Notes under the pieces: model-generated
What the model was told of the DNA's origin: nothing
Seen by the model: only the letters and a program-made list of their open reading frames with translations
Databases searched by the model: none
Made by a program: the position numbers and the translations under genes
Origin: Podarcis erhardii
Taxonomy: Eukaryota
Assembly: GCA_964252035.1 (NCBI GenBank)
Contig: OZ176214.1
Strand: one strand, 5' to 3'
Length of the DNA stretch: 64,000 nt
In this document: positions 49,424 through 61,789 of the stretch, in pieces
How positions within the stretch are numbered: the first letter of the stretch is position 1
How the letters are laid out: every line of letters begins with the position of its first letter

Positions 49424-50303
49424 TAATGTAACATGTAGTTTGCTCCTAATACCCCTGCCTACATGGGTAAAGTGGGGTGGAGGGGAAAGGACGTATTTTT
49501 GCTGTTGAAGTGACTGGTCAGAGCAGGTTAATTTGGGAAAGCAAATTGCTATTGAAGTACTTATTAGTGCTGCACCATGAAAACACTCAACTCCATCATG
49601 GGAAAGGTTGCTGAAGATCCAAAGCAGCACAATCGAATACAGCAATAATAGGCAATTTTCAAAATACAGAGATTTGTAATGGGAGAAAGCAGAGAGCATA
49701 TAAAACAGTTTAAGTAGCAGCGCCCACCACATCAGCTATAATTTACTTACAAAGCACAGTGCAACAGCTAGACATTACAAACAGCATACCACATCAGTTT
49801 GATGTTAACTCAACTATTTACAACCACATTCCTGGCCACTTAGTCAATACCTGAATTCCTAATTCAGTTGTTTCTCTCTTATCCCATGCTGATTTACTGT
49901 GCTACCATACATTTGTTTCTGGTTGCTGACCCCCAGGTTTTTTACCTGGAATTGAGTTTCTGAAAGCGCCTAAATTGTCATCCCCTTTTTTGGGGGGGGG
50001 GAGGGGGGGTAGTGTCCATTTGGACTGGTATGGTGGAAGGCAACGAGGCCAACTGTAGATGGAGGCCGAGGGAGAGGCAGAGGCAGAGTTAAGGACAGCA
50101 AAGTCAACTAACACTAATCTTGCTTCCATCCTCCTTCCTGTTGAGTTCTACATGGGCACATCTGAGACTAAAGAGGAGGAGGAGGAAGCTGGCAGCCACT
50201 GCTGGAACCTGAACTAGTGGTATGTAAGAAGGCAGGTAGATGCAGACTGACTGAAGGGAGATCAAGGTTGATGGGGCAGTGCCCCATATGCCCTAAGGAA
50301 GTA

Positions 50304-50916
50304 CCGTATTTTAAGCTCCATAAGATGACGCATCTGACCATAAGACGCACCTAGTTTTTAGAGGGGGAATGCAAGGGGGGGGGGAAATTCTTTAAAGGGA
50401 GCGCTGAGCATCCCAGGCTCTGCTCAGCACTCCCTTTCACGAGCCACGTGGAGCGTGTGTGCAGCGCTTGCAGGTTTTTCCCTGAGTAGGGAGAAGGGCA
50501 GGAGATGGTCTGGCCTTCTCCTTCCCCGGGGAAAAGCCCCCAAGAGCCACACGCACGCTCCGCGCGGCTCTTGGGGGCTTTTCCGGGAGGTGGGGGAAGG
50601 GACAGAGGGGCTAAACCAGAAGCTAGAACAGCAAGCGGGAGCGCTGCACAGCGCTCCCTCTTGCTATTCTGGCTTCTGGGATAGTCGCACCAAGCCGCCT
50701 CAGGGCAGCGGGATGAAGGCTCCCCGTGCCCTGAAGAGGCTTCACGCGGCTAAGCCAGAAGCTAGAACAGCAAGAGAGAGAGCTGCATAGCAATCCCTCT
50801 CACTGTTCTGGCTTCTGGGATAGGCACACAGCCTGCATTTGCTCCATAAGATGCACACACATTTCCCCTTATTTTTTAGGAGGGAAAAAGTGTGCCTTAT
50901 AGAGCGAGAAATACAG
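50304..50916. mobile_element. Tc1/mariner (Tc2-like) non-autonomous element, 613 bp
   Basis: TA at 50302-03 and 50917-18. TIRs CCGTATTTTAAGCTCCATAAG / CTTATAGAGCGAGAAATACAG. GC-rich multi-hairpin interior. Confidence 0.85.
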
Positions 50917-52638
50917 TAGCCTCCATTGCTGCTTTTATTACATTTTAGCAGCAACGCTCAGGGAATGTTCCAATCCCCTTAGCCCAATTTTTTCATAGAT
51001 GCTTCTCTTTTAGGGGAGCATTTGCAAAGCCAGGATGGGACCCACTCAAAGACAAGCCCACTGGTTCCATAAAGTCTAGAGCCACTTTGCCTATTATACA
51101 AAATGCACCTCAGATGTTTGAAGTGTGCATTTCAAAATGGAGCATGTGAATGCAAGCAGTACCAGTTTACAAGCAATAGTACTGTTGGGAGTGGACATCA
51201 GTCAGTCTTAGTTTCTCGCAGTCCCGGCCCCCCCCCCCCCCCGTGTTAAATTTCATTTCTGCTTTAGTTTGTGATTTATTATTTATTTTAAACGAGGTCC
51301 TTCTACAAATTCAGCAGCATTTTAATGAACATTAATCCATCCATACACAGCTTTGTTTGCAATTTTCTGTAAGTTGCATACACACAAACAATTTCCTCAA
51401 ATATAATGCTCTTAGGTGTGCTATTTTCAATAATCTGTGCATTGCTGCTGCTGCTGAACTGCAACATCACAACATTTGCAAAGATACGAATTTCAAATGT
51501 TAGCTTCTTCTACTTGCATATTGTTTTAGTTAGTTAGGATTTAGTTCACATGAGCAAAGTGAACCAAATTTAACCCCCATTTGTAAATACCATGCTCAGA
51601 GACAATGCTTTCTGAGACTTAGGTTTGTTTGTTTTTATGGATTCTGATCGTTAAAAATCAAGTCCCTTAGACCTACTGCATATAAACAGTAGATGAAACA
51701 TGGAAGAAAAATCCTGCTCCACATAGCAAGGAAAGTTCTTGTCATATTTATATAATAGTGACTGCAGCAGCAGCATCATTACAGCTCCATATCACTACTG
51801 TGCTATGCCCCCCACTGGGAAAATGGTGGAGGAGTGTGGCTGACTGTGCTGCAGCTTGTCAATCAATCAAGAAATAGCAGAATGAGGTAACTACTGCCAT
51901 TATTTCAGTCTGGTCCTAGGGGGACATGCCAGGCAACAGTGGAAATTGTGAGCTGATTAAATGGGACTTAATGGGCTACATTTCTCATTGTGGCTCACAT
52001 TTGTTGCAAGCCTTTTAATTGTGTTAGGGAGCAGCTTCAACATCTAACAGATTGTAAGGATTGTTATTGTTTCACTAATTGGTGACAATCAAATGAAATG
52101 CAATGCAAGCGCGCAGCTCGCTTGGGTGCTCCTGGGTGACCCCAGAAGAGGTCCAGAGCTGGCAGAGTTAGTTTCTTTTGCCCAGGGGGATGGTTTCCAG
52201 ATTCCCTTTCAGTGCTAAGCTGGAAAGATTGTTCATTAGGCCAGTCAGAGAACTAAATCAACTGTTGCGCCTCATACACAGTTGTTAAACATAGATGTTG
52301 TGCCTTTCAGATTATGTTCTGAAAGATAGCTGGAGGTTGGTAGGCTTTTGTGTGGTTGTCTCAGCTCACTGTAACCTCCAGAGAAATGCACTTCGTATAA
52401 ATTCATCCACACTACACAGCTCACTCTGTGAACCCATTTGCTGAAATCATGTACAAGTGTATTACTATAGCATATAATCATTTGGAAACTGTAGCTGTGT
52501 TTTGTCATTCTTTCCCAGCAGTGACGGTGCTGTTGGGGACTGTGCATGCCTTTCTTCCCCAATATATCTCACAGGTGTCAAGGGCATACATTCCAACATC
52601 TCATTGATTAAAATTAGTGAGACACCTTTTGTGCTTGT

Positions 52639-52785
52639 AGCCATAGCTCAGTGGTAGAGTATTTACATTGCATGCAGAAGGTTCAATCCCCAAAATCTGC
52701 AGGTAGGACTGGGATAGAACCCTGCCTGAAATTCTGGAGAGCCAGTACCAGTCAGTGTAGTGGTCTAACTCAGATTCCTATGTCC
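52639..52785 (+). mobile_element. tRNA(Ala)-like SINE (Squam2-like), degenerate
   Basis: GCCATAGCTCAGTGGTAGAG...TGCATGCAGAAGGTTCAATCCC head. Fragments of the same family lie at about 28985-29070, 38690-38790, 60256-60480(-) and 61015-61090(-). Confidence 0.7.
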
Positions 52786-53670
52786 TTACTCTCCATATTC
52801 TCAAATCCTCCATAATACACATTGGTTTTTGGCTGTTCCACATTATAGCTGTCTATGATTTTAAAATGTATGAGGATTTAGGCTTCAGTCCTCTGCACAG
52901 GGTGGGCACTCTATGACAGTCAACTTAATTTCATGCTTATTAGCAAGGAGGGGGGAAATGGAAGGGTGTGGCACAGAAAGATATACAGGAGGCAGGGAAA
53001 GGAGAGAGGGAAGAGATGGAAGGAGGGGGAGATATTCAGAAACTGTTAAGAAATTATGACTCCCAAGCTCTTGCATATTATTTTTCATAGAACAGAGTTG
53101 CATTTCCCACCCTAGAATGTAGTTGCATCTTTAAAAATATATTCTCTGCAAGTCTTGTATACAGACATACTGTTATGCATGTCCTCCCCAATTATGTAAG
53201 CAATTGAAATACGAAAGCAGTCAAGACAAATGAGACATTTCCAGCAGGTCTACATTATACATACCCAGCTGCAAGCAACATCTTACTACTGTTAGGTGTC
53301 TCCCATCTTGACAGCTGGTGACGCATTCAAGCCATTTGGAAAAGAGGAATGCACTTCTGGGGCCCAATTTGCTTGCTTAGATGCATAGGATTAGGAAACC
53401 TTAAAGCACATGGAAGCAATACAATTCCCTATGCTCTCTCTATGATTGATAAATCTAGAAAGTATTTACATTGCTGCATATGGTAGCTGAATCAAACCAA
53501 TTCACAACACTGTCTCTCCCTAGTTTCAACCTGCAAAGAGTATTTATGACTCTTACTCCCTCTTGCAAACTCTTTGACGTATCATTGCATTACAAAAACT
53601 ATGTCCATCAAACAGTGTCCAGCCCTTTTCTAGAGAACATGATGACCCACTAAGCTTATCAGAGTACTAG

Positions 53671-54018
53671 GTAAAGGTACCCGTGACTGTTAGGTCCAGT
53701 CGTGGACGACTCTGGTGTTGCAGCACTCATCTCGCTTTATTGGCCGAGGGAGCCGGCGTACAGCTTCCAGGTCATGTGGCCAGCATGACTAAGCCGCTTC
53801 TGACGAACCAGAGGAGCACACGGAAACGCCATTTACCTTCCTGCCGGAGCGGTATCTATTTATCTACTTGCACTTTGACGTGCTTTCAAACTGCTAGGTT
53901 GGCAGGAGCAGGGACTGAGCAACAGGAGCTCACCCTGTCGCAGGGATTCGAACTGCCGACCTTCTGACTGGCAAGCCCTAGGCTCTGTGGTTTGGACCAC
54001 AGCCTCACCCATGTCCCC
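53671..54018 (-). mobile_element. Sauria SINE, full length
   Basis: Flanked by ATCAGAGTACTAG at 53658-70 and 54027-39. Confidence 0.92.
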
Positions 54019-54039
54019 TTCAATCAATCAGAGTACTAG

Positions 54040-54285
54040 GTAAAGGTAAAGGGACCCCTGACCATTAGGTCCAGTCGTGGCTGACTCTGGGGTTGTGGCG
54101 CTCATCTTGCTTTATTGGCCGAGGGAGCCGGCGTACAGCTTCTGGGTCATGTGGCCAGCATGACTAAGCTGGCTCTGGCGAACCAGAGCAGTGCACGGAA
54201 ACGCCGTTTACCTTCCCATCGTAGCAGTAACTATATATCTACTTGCACTTCTTGACGTGCTTTCAAACTGCTAGGTTGACAGGAA
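54040..54285 (-). mobile_element. Sauria SINE, 5'-truncated
   Basis: Flanked by ATCAGAGTACTAG at 54027-39 and 54286-98. Confidence 0.92.
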
Positions 54286-54573
54286 ATCAGAGTACTAGAC
54301 CCCACCCCCCATATTGATGAAGTCACCCAACCTGATGACTATGTACTTCAGAAGTGGAAAACCTATAGCACTCTGTAGCTTGTTGCACTCCACTTCCCAC
54401 CAGCCCCAGCCAGTAGGCCCAATGGCTAGGGACGATGGAAGCTGTAATCCATCAGTGTCTGGGGACCACAGGTACTTAATTCCTGATACACATTTTCTCA
54501 CTTAGCTTCTAGTTCCAGCACAATGGAAAGGCATCCTCATTGCAGCTGACTGGTATGTGGTTTTTTTTGTTTG

Positions 54574-54608
<35 letters not shown>

Positions 54609-57600
54609 ATCCATATCCCAGTTCAATAATACTCTAACAACAGTACAACAATCCAATAAAACAAAGGCAAACCTTTAGAGCAAACCACAGTATAGTTTCA
54701 GCCATAGTTTTTTATGTCTTACTCAGAACAGAGAGCCAGAAAACTATACTGAAGCACCACGAAAAGCAGAGATTAAGATAATAATACACATGGGTTAGAA
54801 TGGTGCTTAAAGGCCTGGGGAATTATTATTATTTTTTTTAAAAAAACTTTGTTTGACACCAAAATGGGGAGACGTCAGGAGAGCATTCTCTGGTGAGATC
54901 ATGCTGCAGCTGGGAGGCCACAACTGAAAAGTCTATTTCCACAGAAGTCATTTTACATACTTCAGTTTGCAGGTGCATTTGATGCTTGAAGAAGGGGCTG
55001 TGTCTTGAATTGTGACAGGGCCTCTTGACTGTGTGGATGTGGAGGGGAAGAAACCTGGTTTGTGCATTGCTGGAATGTATCCTAGTGTACAAAGGCTCAT
55101 TCAATGCTCTGGTCATGCAAAAATCTGCCTCTGGCCATGCCCACCACTGGCATGCAACTCCTAGAAGAATGCCCATATGGGAATGTGGCCCTCAGGATGA
55201 AACACTTATACCACTCCTGCTTTATTGCCTATCCTGTAAACTAGGATTCAACACCACTGAGAGTTCCTGAGTCCAGCAGCAGCAGCTCCCAGCAACTTTG
55301 ATTGTAATGCATTGACACCTGATGAATCCTCATACCTTGGGATAATATGCTGCCAAAAAGAGGAAGACTAAACCCTGCTCCAATAGGTAGATAGTGTTGA
55401 CTTCAGGCATCCAACATGGTACCTTCATCTTTGAAAGCACATTTCCATCCCTCTTAAGTCTGCTCCAGCACACTGTTTGGGAATCACTGGCCTATTTCAG
55501 TCAAATTGTGTTCATCTCTCTGCTACTTTTTAGTTGCAAGACAGAAGGAATTTTATTAATATTACACAAAGTTTTGAATGATTTACTAGAACCCTGCACT
55601 CCAGCAGATGGTGTTACTTCACATGCTGCATGCCAGCATCTCATAATGGCACTGTGACTTTAAGACCATTTGAGGTTATTCCTTGTAACATGTGGCAGCA
55701 GATTGAGCCAGCCAGGTGATCTTGCAAATTGTGTTTCTGCACCATAAAGTACCATAGTTTGGAAGCCATTTTCATAAAGCTAATGTCAGCAGAGAGAAGG
55801 CAGCAGCAGAGGTGGTAAATAAATGAATGATAGCTAAATTAGATGATGATAGACGATGTGGGAGTATGCATGAAATCAAGGGATATATGCTCATGGCTAT
55901 GGTTTGGACTTATACTTTAAAAATAGCTTGACTGAGAGTGAGGCACACAGAGAGAAACAAACCTCCCCCCCCCCTTTTTAATGGGTGGAACATTTTGTAA
56001 ATCTCCTCAAGTCTCCTACTCAACCACCAAGCTTTTAACTGTGGATTCCCTTTATGCTGCAACCCTGGCTGGTATTTCAGAAATGGGCAAGGTGAACAAA
56101 ATGTCTACTGCTGTACACAACACACAAACAAACCCAGACTATTTAAGGGTGTGCTGGGATGAAGTGAAATTTGCTGCAAAAGGAGAAGACGGTCTCTTGT
56201 TTGACCTCCAGGAGCACATGGAAAGGTTTTGTTGCATTTATTAGCATCCTCAAATCAAAGGCCCCCACAGATGCACATGACAGATGGCCATCAACCACAT
56301 CTGCCTAAAAACCTCCAATGAAGGAGAGTCCACCATAGAAACATAGTCAAGCATGGCTCTCATTCAAGCTTCTGCCACCTTCCAGCCCAGCTCTCACACT
56401 CACCACTCTGCTATTGTCCTTCTCACTACCTGCCAGATGAGGGTGTGGGGCAATTTGCCCTCTGAAACAGAGGAGCTTCTTTTGTCAGACCAGTGACTAT
56501 GTTTAGGTCCATTTACCAAGAAGCTGGTCTGGCTACTTCAAAAATTGAATACTCCATTAGGTTTTAACCCTGACTAACCCCCCCAACCTGCAAAGTCACA
56601 ACAGTGTTCATACAATCCCAACCACAGTCAAGAAAGATACAGATTTCAGGTTTGAGGTCCAGGAGCTTTCTGTTGGGACTTAATACTCCACCAACTGCTG
56701 CAGCCAGCACCATTCATCAGGTTACTTCATGGCTGAGTGGGGATTTGAACCCAAGTCTCCCAGTTCATAGTCCAACACACTAACCCTCATACATTTGCCA
56801 AGGAGACCATGCCAGCAGCCTCAGACCTTAGCTTGTGAGCTTTGGACCAATAAGAACACAAGGAGCAAGGACTGACTCTGTGTCTCAGAGGCCTTCCAGA
56901 TGATAAGCCATGAGGAGTTACTTTGATTATGTTTTCTTTTGCCACTTAGGGTCTTCATTGTTGTCCCTTATCTTTCTCCTTTTCTCCAACCTGCACTGAA
57001 TTTGTCACTCTCTTTCAATGGAGGTTTCAAATCCAAATATAGCTGATTATCAGTCCTGTAGAACAGGAGAAGAGGTGGGAAGACTTCAAGCGTGTCACTT
57101 CCAGGGTTGTAAGAGGGCACCGTTTTTCATTCCCCAAGTATTAATTGCAAGCAGTATTGTTTCCATCCTGCTACAGTTCATCTTTCACCAAAAGCTTCAT
57201 TATTCACCTTGCTGCCTGCTGTGGTGAAATTACATAGCCATTATATTATCCCACCCAATTCATTTCAATGCAAGAGAAACACAATGCAAATGGTGAATAT
57301 AGAATCAATTATTTATAATTTGTGTGCTGAAAGCACCACCAACAAATATCAATAACAGCTGATGAATTGATTTTCTTTGCAGACATGGGATGAATAAGTG
57401 AACATTGGCATTTTCCGATCCTGTTTACATTTTCCCCCTATAATTCTCTAAAACCCAGGATCTACCAGCCAGAGCCAGGTGTCAAAGACATACCATTAGA
57501 ATTAAAGAACAGGGTGCATCTGAGCACACTGCAAGCCTAGGAATTGGTTTTCAGTACCAGAACCGAATTGAACTTAGTCTTTTGACCCCTGTTCTATGAA

Positions 57601-58236
57601 ACAGCATTCATGCTGAGATACGACAGGCACCCACAACCTGCACTTTCTGGAAACAATTGGAGGTATTTTTGTTCCGACAAGATTTCCCAGCTGGACAAAT
57701 AGGTCTCTGCCACAGGTGTCTGTTTTTTATTGTTTTTAAGTTTATCTGATATTATTTCATGTATCATTGTTTTTAAGCTGCGTTTGCATTTTGTGCATTG
57801 CCTTGAGACATGTGTGTGGAAGGCAATTAAATTAGTAGTAGTCGTAGTAGTAATAAAATGCAGCTCCTGCAAACTGGAAGCATCAGTGTTTTCCTTATAT
57901 GTGAAAAAGTGACAAGCCTTTTACCAAAATATGATTGAAGTTTGGTAGAGCTGTCTGTCAGGGGGCCATGGGAAATTCCATCCTGGTTGGATCTGGCTTT
58001 CTGATCTCCAGTCAACCATCCCTGAGTTAGATGATATGCACACACACTCCAATTATGTTTATTATTTTCAACAGAATGCTTCCTGGTGGATTGTGTCTTT
58101 GCTCTGTGCTTCAACCCCAATTTCCCAGTGCAGTCACCCCTGTCTTAGATAGATTTCCCAGATCGCATTTAGTATATTTGTCTGTGCATTAGTGACTATT
58201 AAGTGGTTTCTCTTTAGGTAGAAGCTCTCTTCCTTT

Positions 58237-58295
58237 TCTTCTTCTTCTTCTTCTTCTTCTTCTTCTTCTTCTTCTTCTTCTTCTTCTTCTTCTTC
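58237..58295. repeat. (CTT)n microsatellite
   Basis: Direct inspection. Confidence 0.95.
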
Positions 58296-59157
58296 CTGGT
58301 TAGTTCACACAAGCCCTAGAAATAAATAAGGGACTGAGGTTTGTAAAGGAAGATGGAAAAGCTTGATTGGGTCTCCATCATTTTCTCACTGGCAATTTTC
58401 AGGTATTATTTCCTATTGCCAACCTGTCAATCAAAATGAATTCTTCTCTGTGATGCTGTTAGCTCCTGTGTATAAAAAGATTTTTGGATTAACAGGCAGG
58501 TCCCTAACAGTTGAAAGTGAGATTGCTTAATAAGATTTGCTGGTAAATACAGGGCTGTGGAACACTATTAAATAAACCACATGAGGATTACGGAGTAATT
58601 CACTTAGTGGAGGGCAGAATTTACTCTCTGGGATGAATCTATTTGGGGACAGATGTAAATATACTTTTGATGGGAGACCCTCTGGTCGCTTTCTGGGTCA
58701 GCAGGGACTAATCAATCTGTATACTCTCTTGTAAACTACATACAGCGAGATTTGCTTCCTCCAATGCATACAGGCTAGGGATTCTTCCAAAACTCTCAAT
58801 TACTTGGTGTAGTTTCTATTGTGAAACTGATTCCTGCCCTCCAGCACTCCCATTCCCCCCCAGATTTTGTGCAGAGCACTGTAACAGTAGTAGACCTTGC
58901 CATCTCAAATTTCAGCAGTGACCTGTGTGATGCCAAAATCCAGTGCTCCGTGCCTCTCACTGTCCATTAGACTTCATAGTTGTGGTGCCTGCTGTGGTAC
59001 CCCAGAAGCTCCACACTTGGTGCAACCAAACTGATCACGGTTGTGCTGATGCAAGTGCACCATTTGTGTTTCTAATTTCTGCTTTCCTCCCAGCGGACAT
59101 TCCTCATCTGGTTGGTGGTGTGGATACTGGACTGGTTGTCTGCAAGGTCATACCTAC

Positions 59158-59346
59158 CTTTGCATCTGGCTGCGCCCTCCTCAAGCACATACAGCCCCCT
59201 GTTAAACATGGGGGAAAGGGGCCCTCAGACTGGAATGTAGCTTTTTGTATAAATGCTGGATTTACATGTATTGCTCCATGCACAAATTTCTTCTGACCAT
59301 GCCGACTTTTGCCCCTGGCTGCACCTGCCACCAGCACCAACAGCTC
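59158..59346 (-). other. Candidate 189-nt exon (unassigned)
   Basis: Minus strand ATTTAATTTTCCAAG|GAGCTG...GCAAAG|GTAGGT. Only phase 0 is open: ELLVLVAGAARGKSRHGQKKFVHGAIHVNPAFIQKATFQSEGPFPPC...DAK. Not recognised. Confidence 0.2.
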
Positions 59347-59634
59347 CTTGGAAAATTAAATATGGGACAATGCAGCCTGCAAGCTAGAAAATGTTCTTCC
59401 CCCCTGTTCTACTCAAAAGAAAGTCCGGCTGAGTTATACTCCCAGACATACACCCAGAGAGGGTACAGGATTGTACCCTTTGGCCACAGTCTTACACTGG
59501 CTTCCCTAGTAGTATTTCCTACTGAAGTCAACACGACTTACTGCTGAGTAGTACTGCACAATACATAGGATTGCACTGTGAGCCCCCCCCCCGCCCCCGC
59601 ATTTCATATTACATTTATCTTCTCTCTGTGGCAG

Positions 59635-59773
59635 GTCTTATCACCATCAGTTTATCAGCCTCCCTTCCAAAGTAAGAACATTCCTTGTGAAGAAGAAAGC
59701 ATTTTCTTTGCTGCCAAGATATGGAACGACTATCCTCCAAACTCCACTGAAGCCTCCTGTGTGGGAACTACAG
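59635..59773 (+). other. Candidate 139-nt internal exon (unassigned)
   Basis: TTTATCTTCTCTCTGTGGCAG|GTCTTA...ACTACAG|GTAAGA. Two frames are open (VLSPSVYQPPFQSKNIPCEEESIFFAAKIWNDYPPNSTEASCVGTT and SYHHQFISLPSKVRTFLVKKKAFSLLPRYG...). Confidence 0.3.
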
Positions 59774-60296
59774 GTAAGAAATCACTCATTCCATTTGATT
59801 ACAGCCCATCTGCAACCCCCCAAAGAGCGGCACTGGCATCTTAGAATAAAGTTTATGAATCGTTCTGCAGAAGAGAAATCAGCCTTTTGAAACATATTTT
59901 GTGCCGGCGATGGCAGGCAAAAGACAGAAAGCTTCCTTTTGAAACCCTTAATAAAATATAAGTGTTGGATAACTGGCTACATGCTTTTCTCTTTGAGAAA
60001 GTTTCATATGCTCAGGGACTGAGTCCTGATAAGAAATATGAATGCATTTCAACATCAAAAACCTTGGAAGAAATGCAAAGCAGAAGAGAAAGACAGCTGG
60101 AGGTAGCTTGGAGGAGGAGAGGAGCTGACATCCATACAGATGACCTGCACAAAGCAATGCACACATCCTAGAAAACAGAGGCCCATAATGGGGGGGGGTT
60201 GATGGGGGGGGATTCAGGTGTATTTTTGCTTTTGGACATAGGATGGACAGGAAGATATAGGAACATAGGAAGCTGCCTTATATTGAGTTAGGCTAT

Positions 60297-60343
60297 TTGT
60301 CCATGGGGTCACGAAGAGTCGGACACGACTAAACAACAACAAA
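60297..60343 (+). mobile_element. About 46-bp BovB-type 3'-terminal insertion inside a Squam2-like SINE
   Basis: GTCCATGGGGTCACGAAGAGTCGGACACGACTAAACAACAACAA matches the 3' end of the BovB at 33513. Confidence 0.85.
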
Positions 60344-61533
60344 ATTTTTCCATTTAGTTCATGACTGTCTATGATGAGTGGCAGTGGCCCTGCGGGATTT
60401 CAGAGTAGGTTATCTCCCAGCGGTACCTGGAAATACTAGGGATTGACATTGGGACATTCTGCACTCAGAGTGAGTGCTCTGTGACTCACCTATGCTGCCT
60501 AGAACCTGTCTGGAAGCTCCTTCGAACAGGATGAGACTGCAGGTCCAAGGTTATAGGTAGGGGTCTTCCCCAGTCCTACCTAGGAATGGGGGATGAAATT
60601 TATTTCAGTTCACATTTAATTATGAATGTACCTAATTTTCCCTTTCAAAAAGAATGCACAAAGCAAAAACAGCTATTCTTCAAAATTTGCATTTTTTTAA
60701 AAAAAGCACTGCAATGCAGTTCTCCAGCCAAGTCATGTTTACAAAAATTCATGAACTAGAGGAAAGCATGAATTAAAATGCATAGATAAGGAAAGATGAA
60801 AGACAAAAATGCATTATTTTACGGGAAAATGCTTTGCAAATATGTATATATTAGGCTAAACTGCAGGTAAAAAAAATTGTAAAGAGAAATTCACATAAAA
60901 ATGCTGATGAGGATGTTTAGAAATACAAATTGATGTGGAAAACTGAACTTAAGCCTGAAAAAAGGAGAACTGAGAGAAACTCAAATTGTCAAATTTGCTC
61001 ATCCCTGGTCCATTTTGGAGATACCAGGGATTCAACCTAGCTCCTTTTGCATGCAAATCAAATGTCCTGCCACTGGGTTACAGCCATTCTCCTTGAATAG
61101 AAGGCAAATGGATTTGAGGATGGTGCAGAACAGAATTGGTGAGAGGTGTGGCCTCAGACAGGTGAGTATTGAGGACAAGATAGAGAGGCTTGGAAGACCT
61201 CGTTCAGCCTGCAAGTCTGGGATTCTCATCTCTGCCTTACAAGGATCTGAGCAATAGTGTTTTTCTGAGTAACTATTGTATAGTACAGGGATGTGGAACA
61301 GGATCTGGCTAAGAGGGTGGATCCTTTCCCCTCCTGCCCTCAACCAAGTGGGAAAGGGGCCACCTACCTGTCTTTGAACATCTAGTTTGAAATTAGGCAG
61401 TAGAACAGCACTTTGCAAGCCCCGATGACCAGCTGATTGTTGGGACTTGTGAAACACCATGCATGGGACTTTATGCAGGGCTTTGCAGGTGTTAGAAAAC
61501 CACCTTTTGACCTAACTGTGTCTCTATTCTACC

Positions 61534-61789
61534 GAGAGTCAGTGTGGTGTAGTGGTTAAGAGTGGTAGTCTTGTAATCTGGTGAACAAGGTTTGCGTCTC
61601 TGCTCCTCCACATGCAGCTGCTGGGTGACCTTGGGCCAGTCACACTTCTTTGAAGTCTCTCAGCCTCACTCACCTCACAGAGTGTTTGTTGTGAGGGAGG
61701 GAGGGAAAGGAGAATGTTAGCCGCCTTGAGACTCCTTAGGGTAGTGATAAAGCAGGATATCAAATCCAAACTCTTCTTTTTCCTCTTCT
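61534..61789 (+). mobile_element. tRNA-derived CORE SINE (Squam3-like)
   Basis: High similarity to 45348-45601. Confidence 0.85.

Noticed and set aside
6779-53967. Recurring similar short ORFs (MASMTKLLL..., HLALLAEGA...)
   Set aside because: They are translations of Sauria SINE copies, not a gene family.
53658-54298. CRISPR-like repeat-spacer array
   Set aside because: Vertebrate DNA; there are three 13-bp repeats and the spacers are SINEs.
45348-61789. tRNA genes at SINE heads (45348, 52639, 61534)
   Set aside because: Only A/B-box remnants are present, with no complete cloverleaf, and they continue into SINE bodies.
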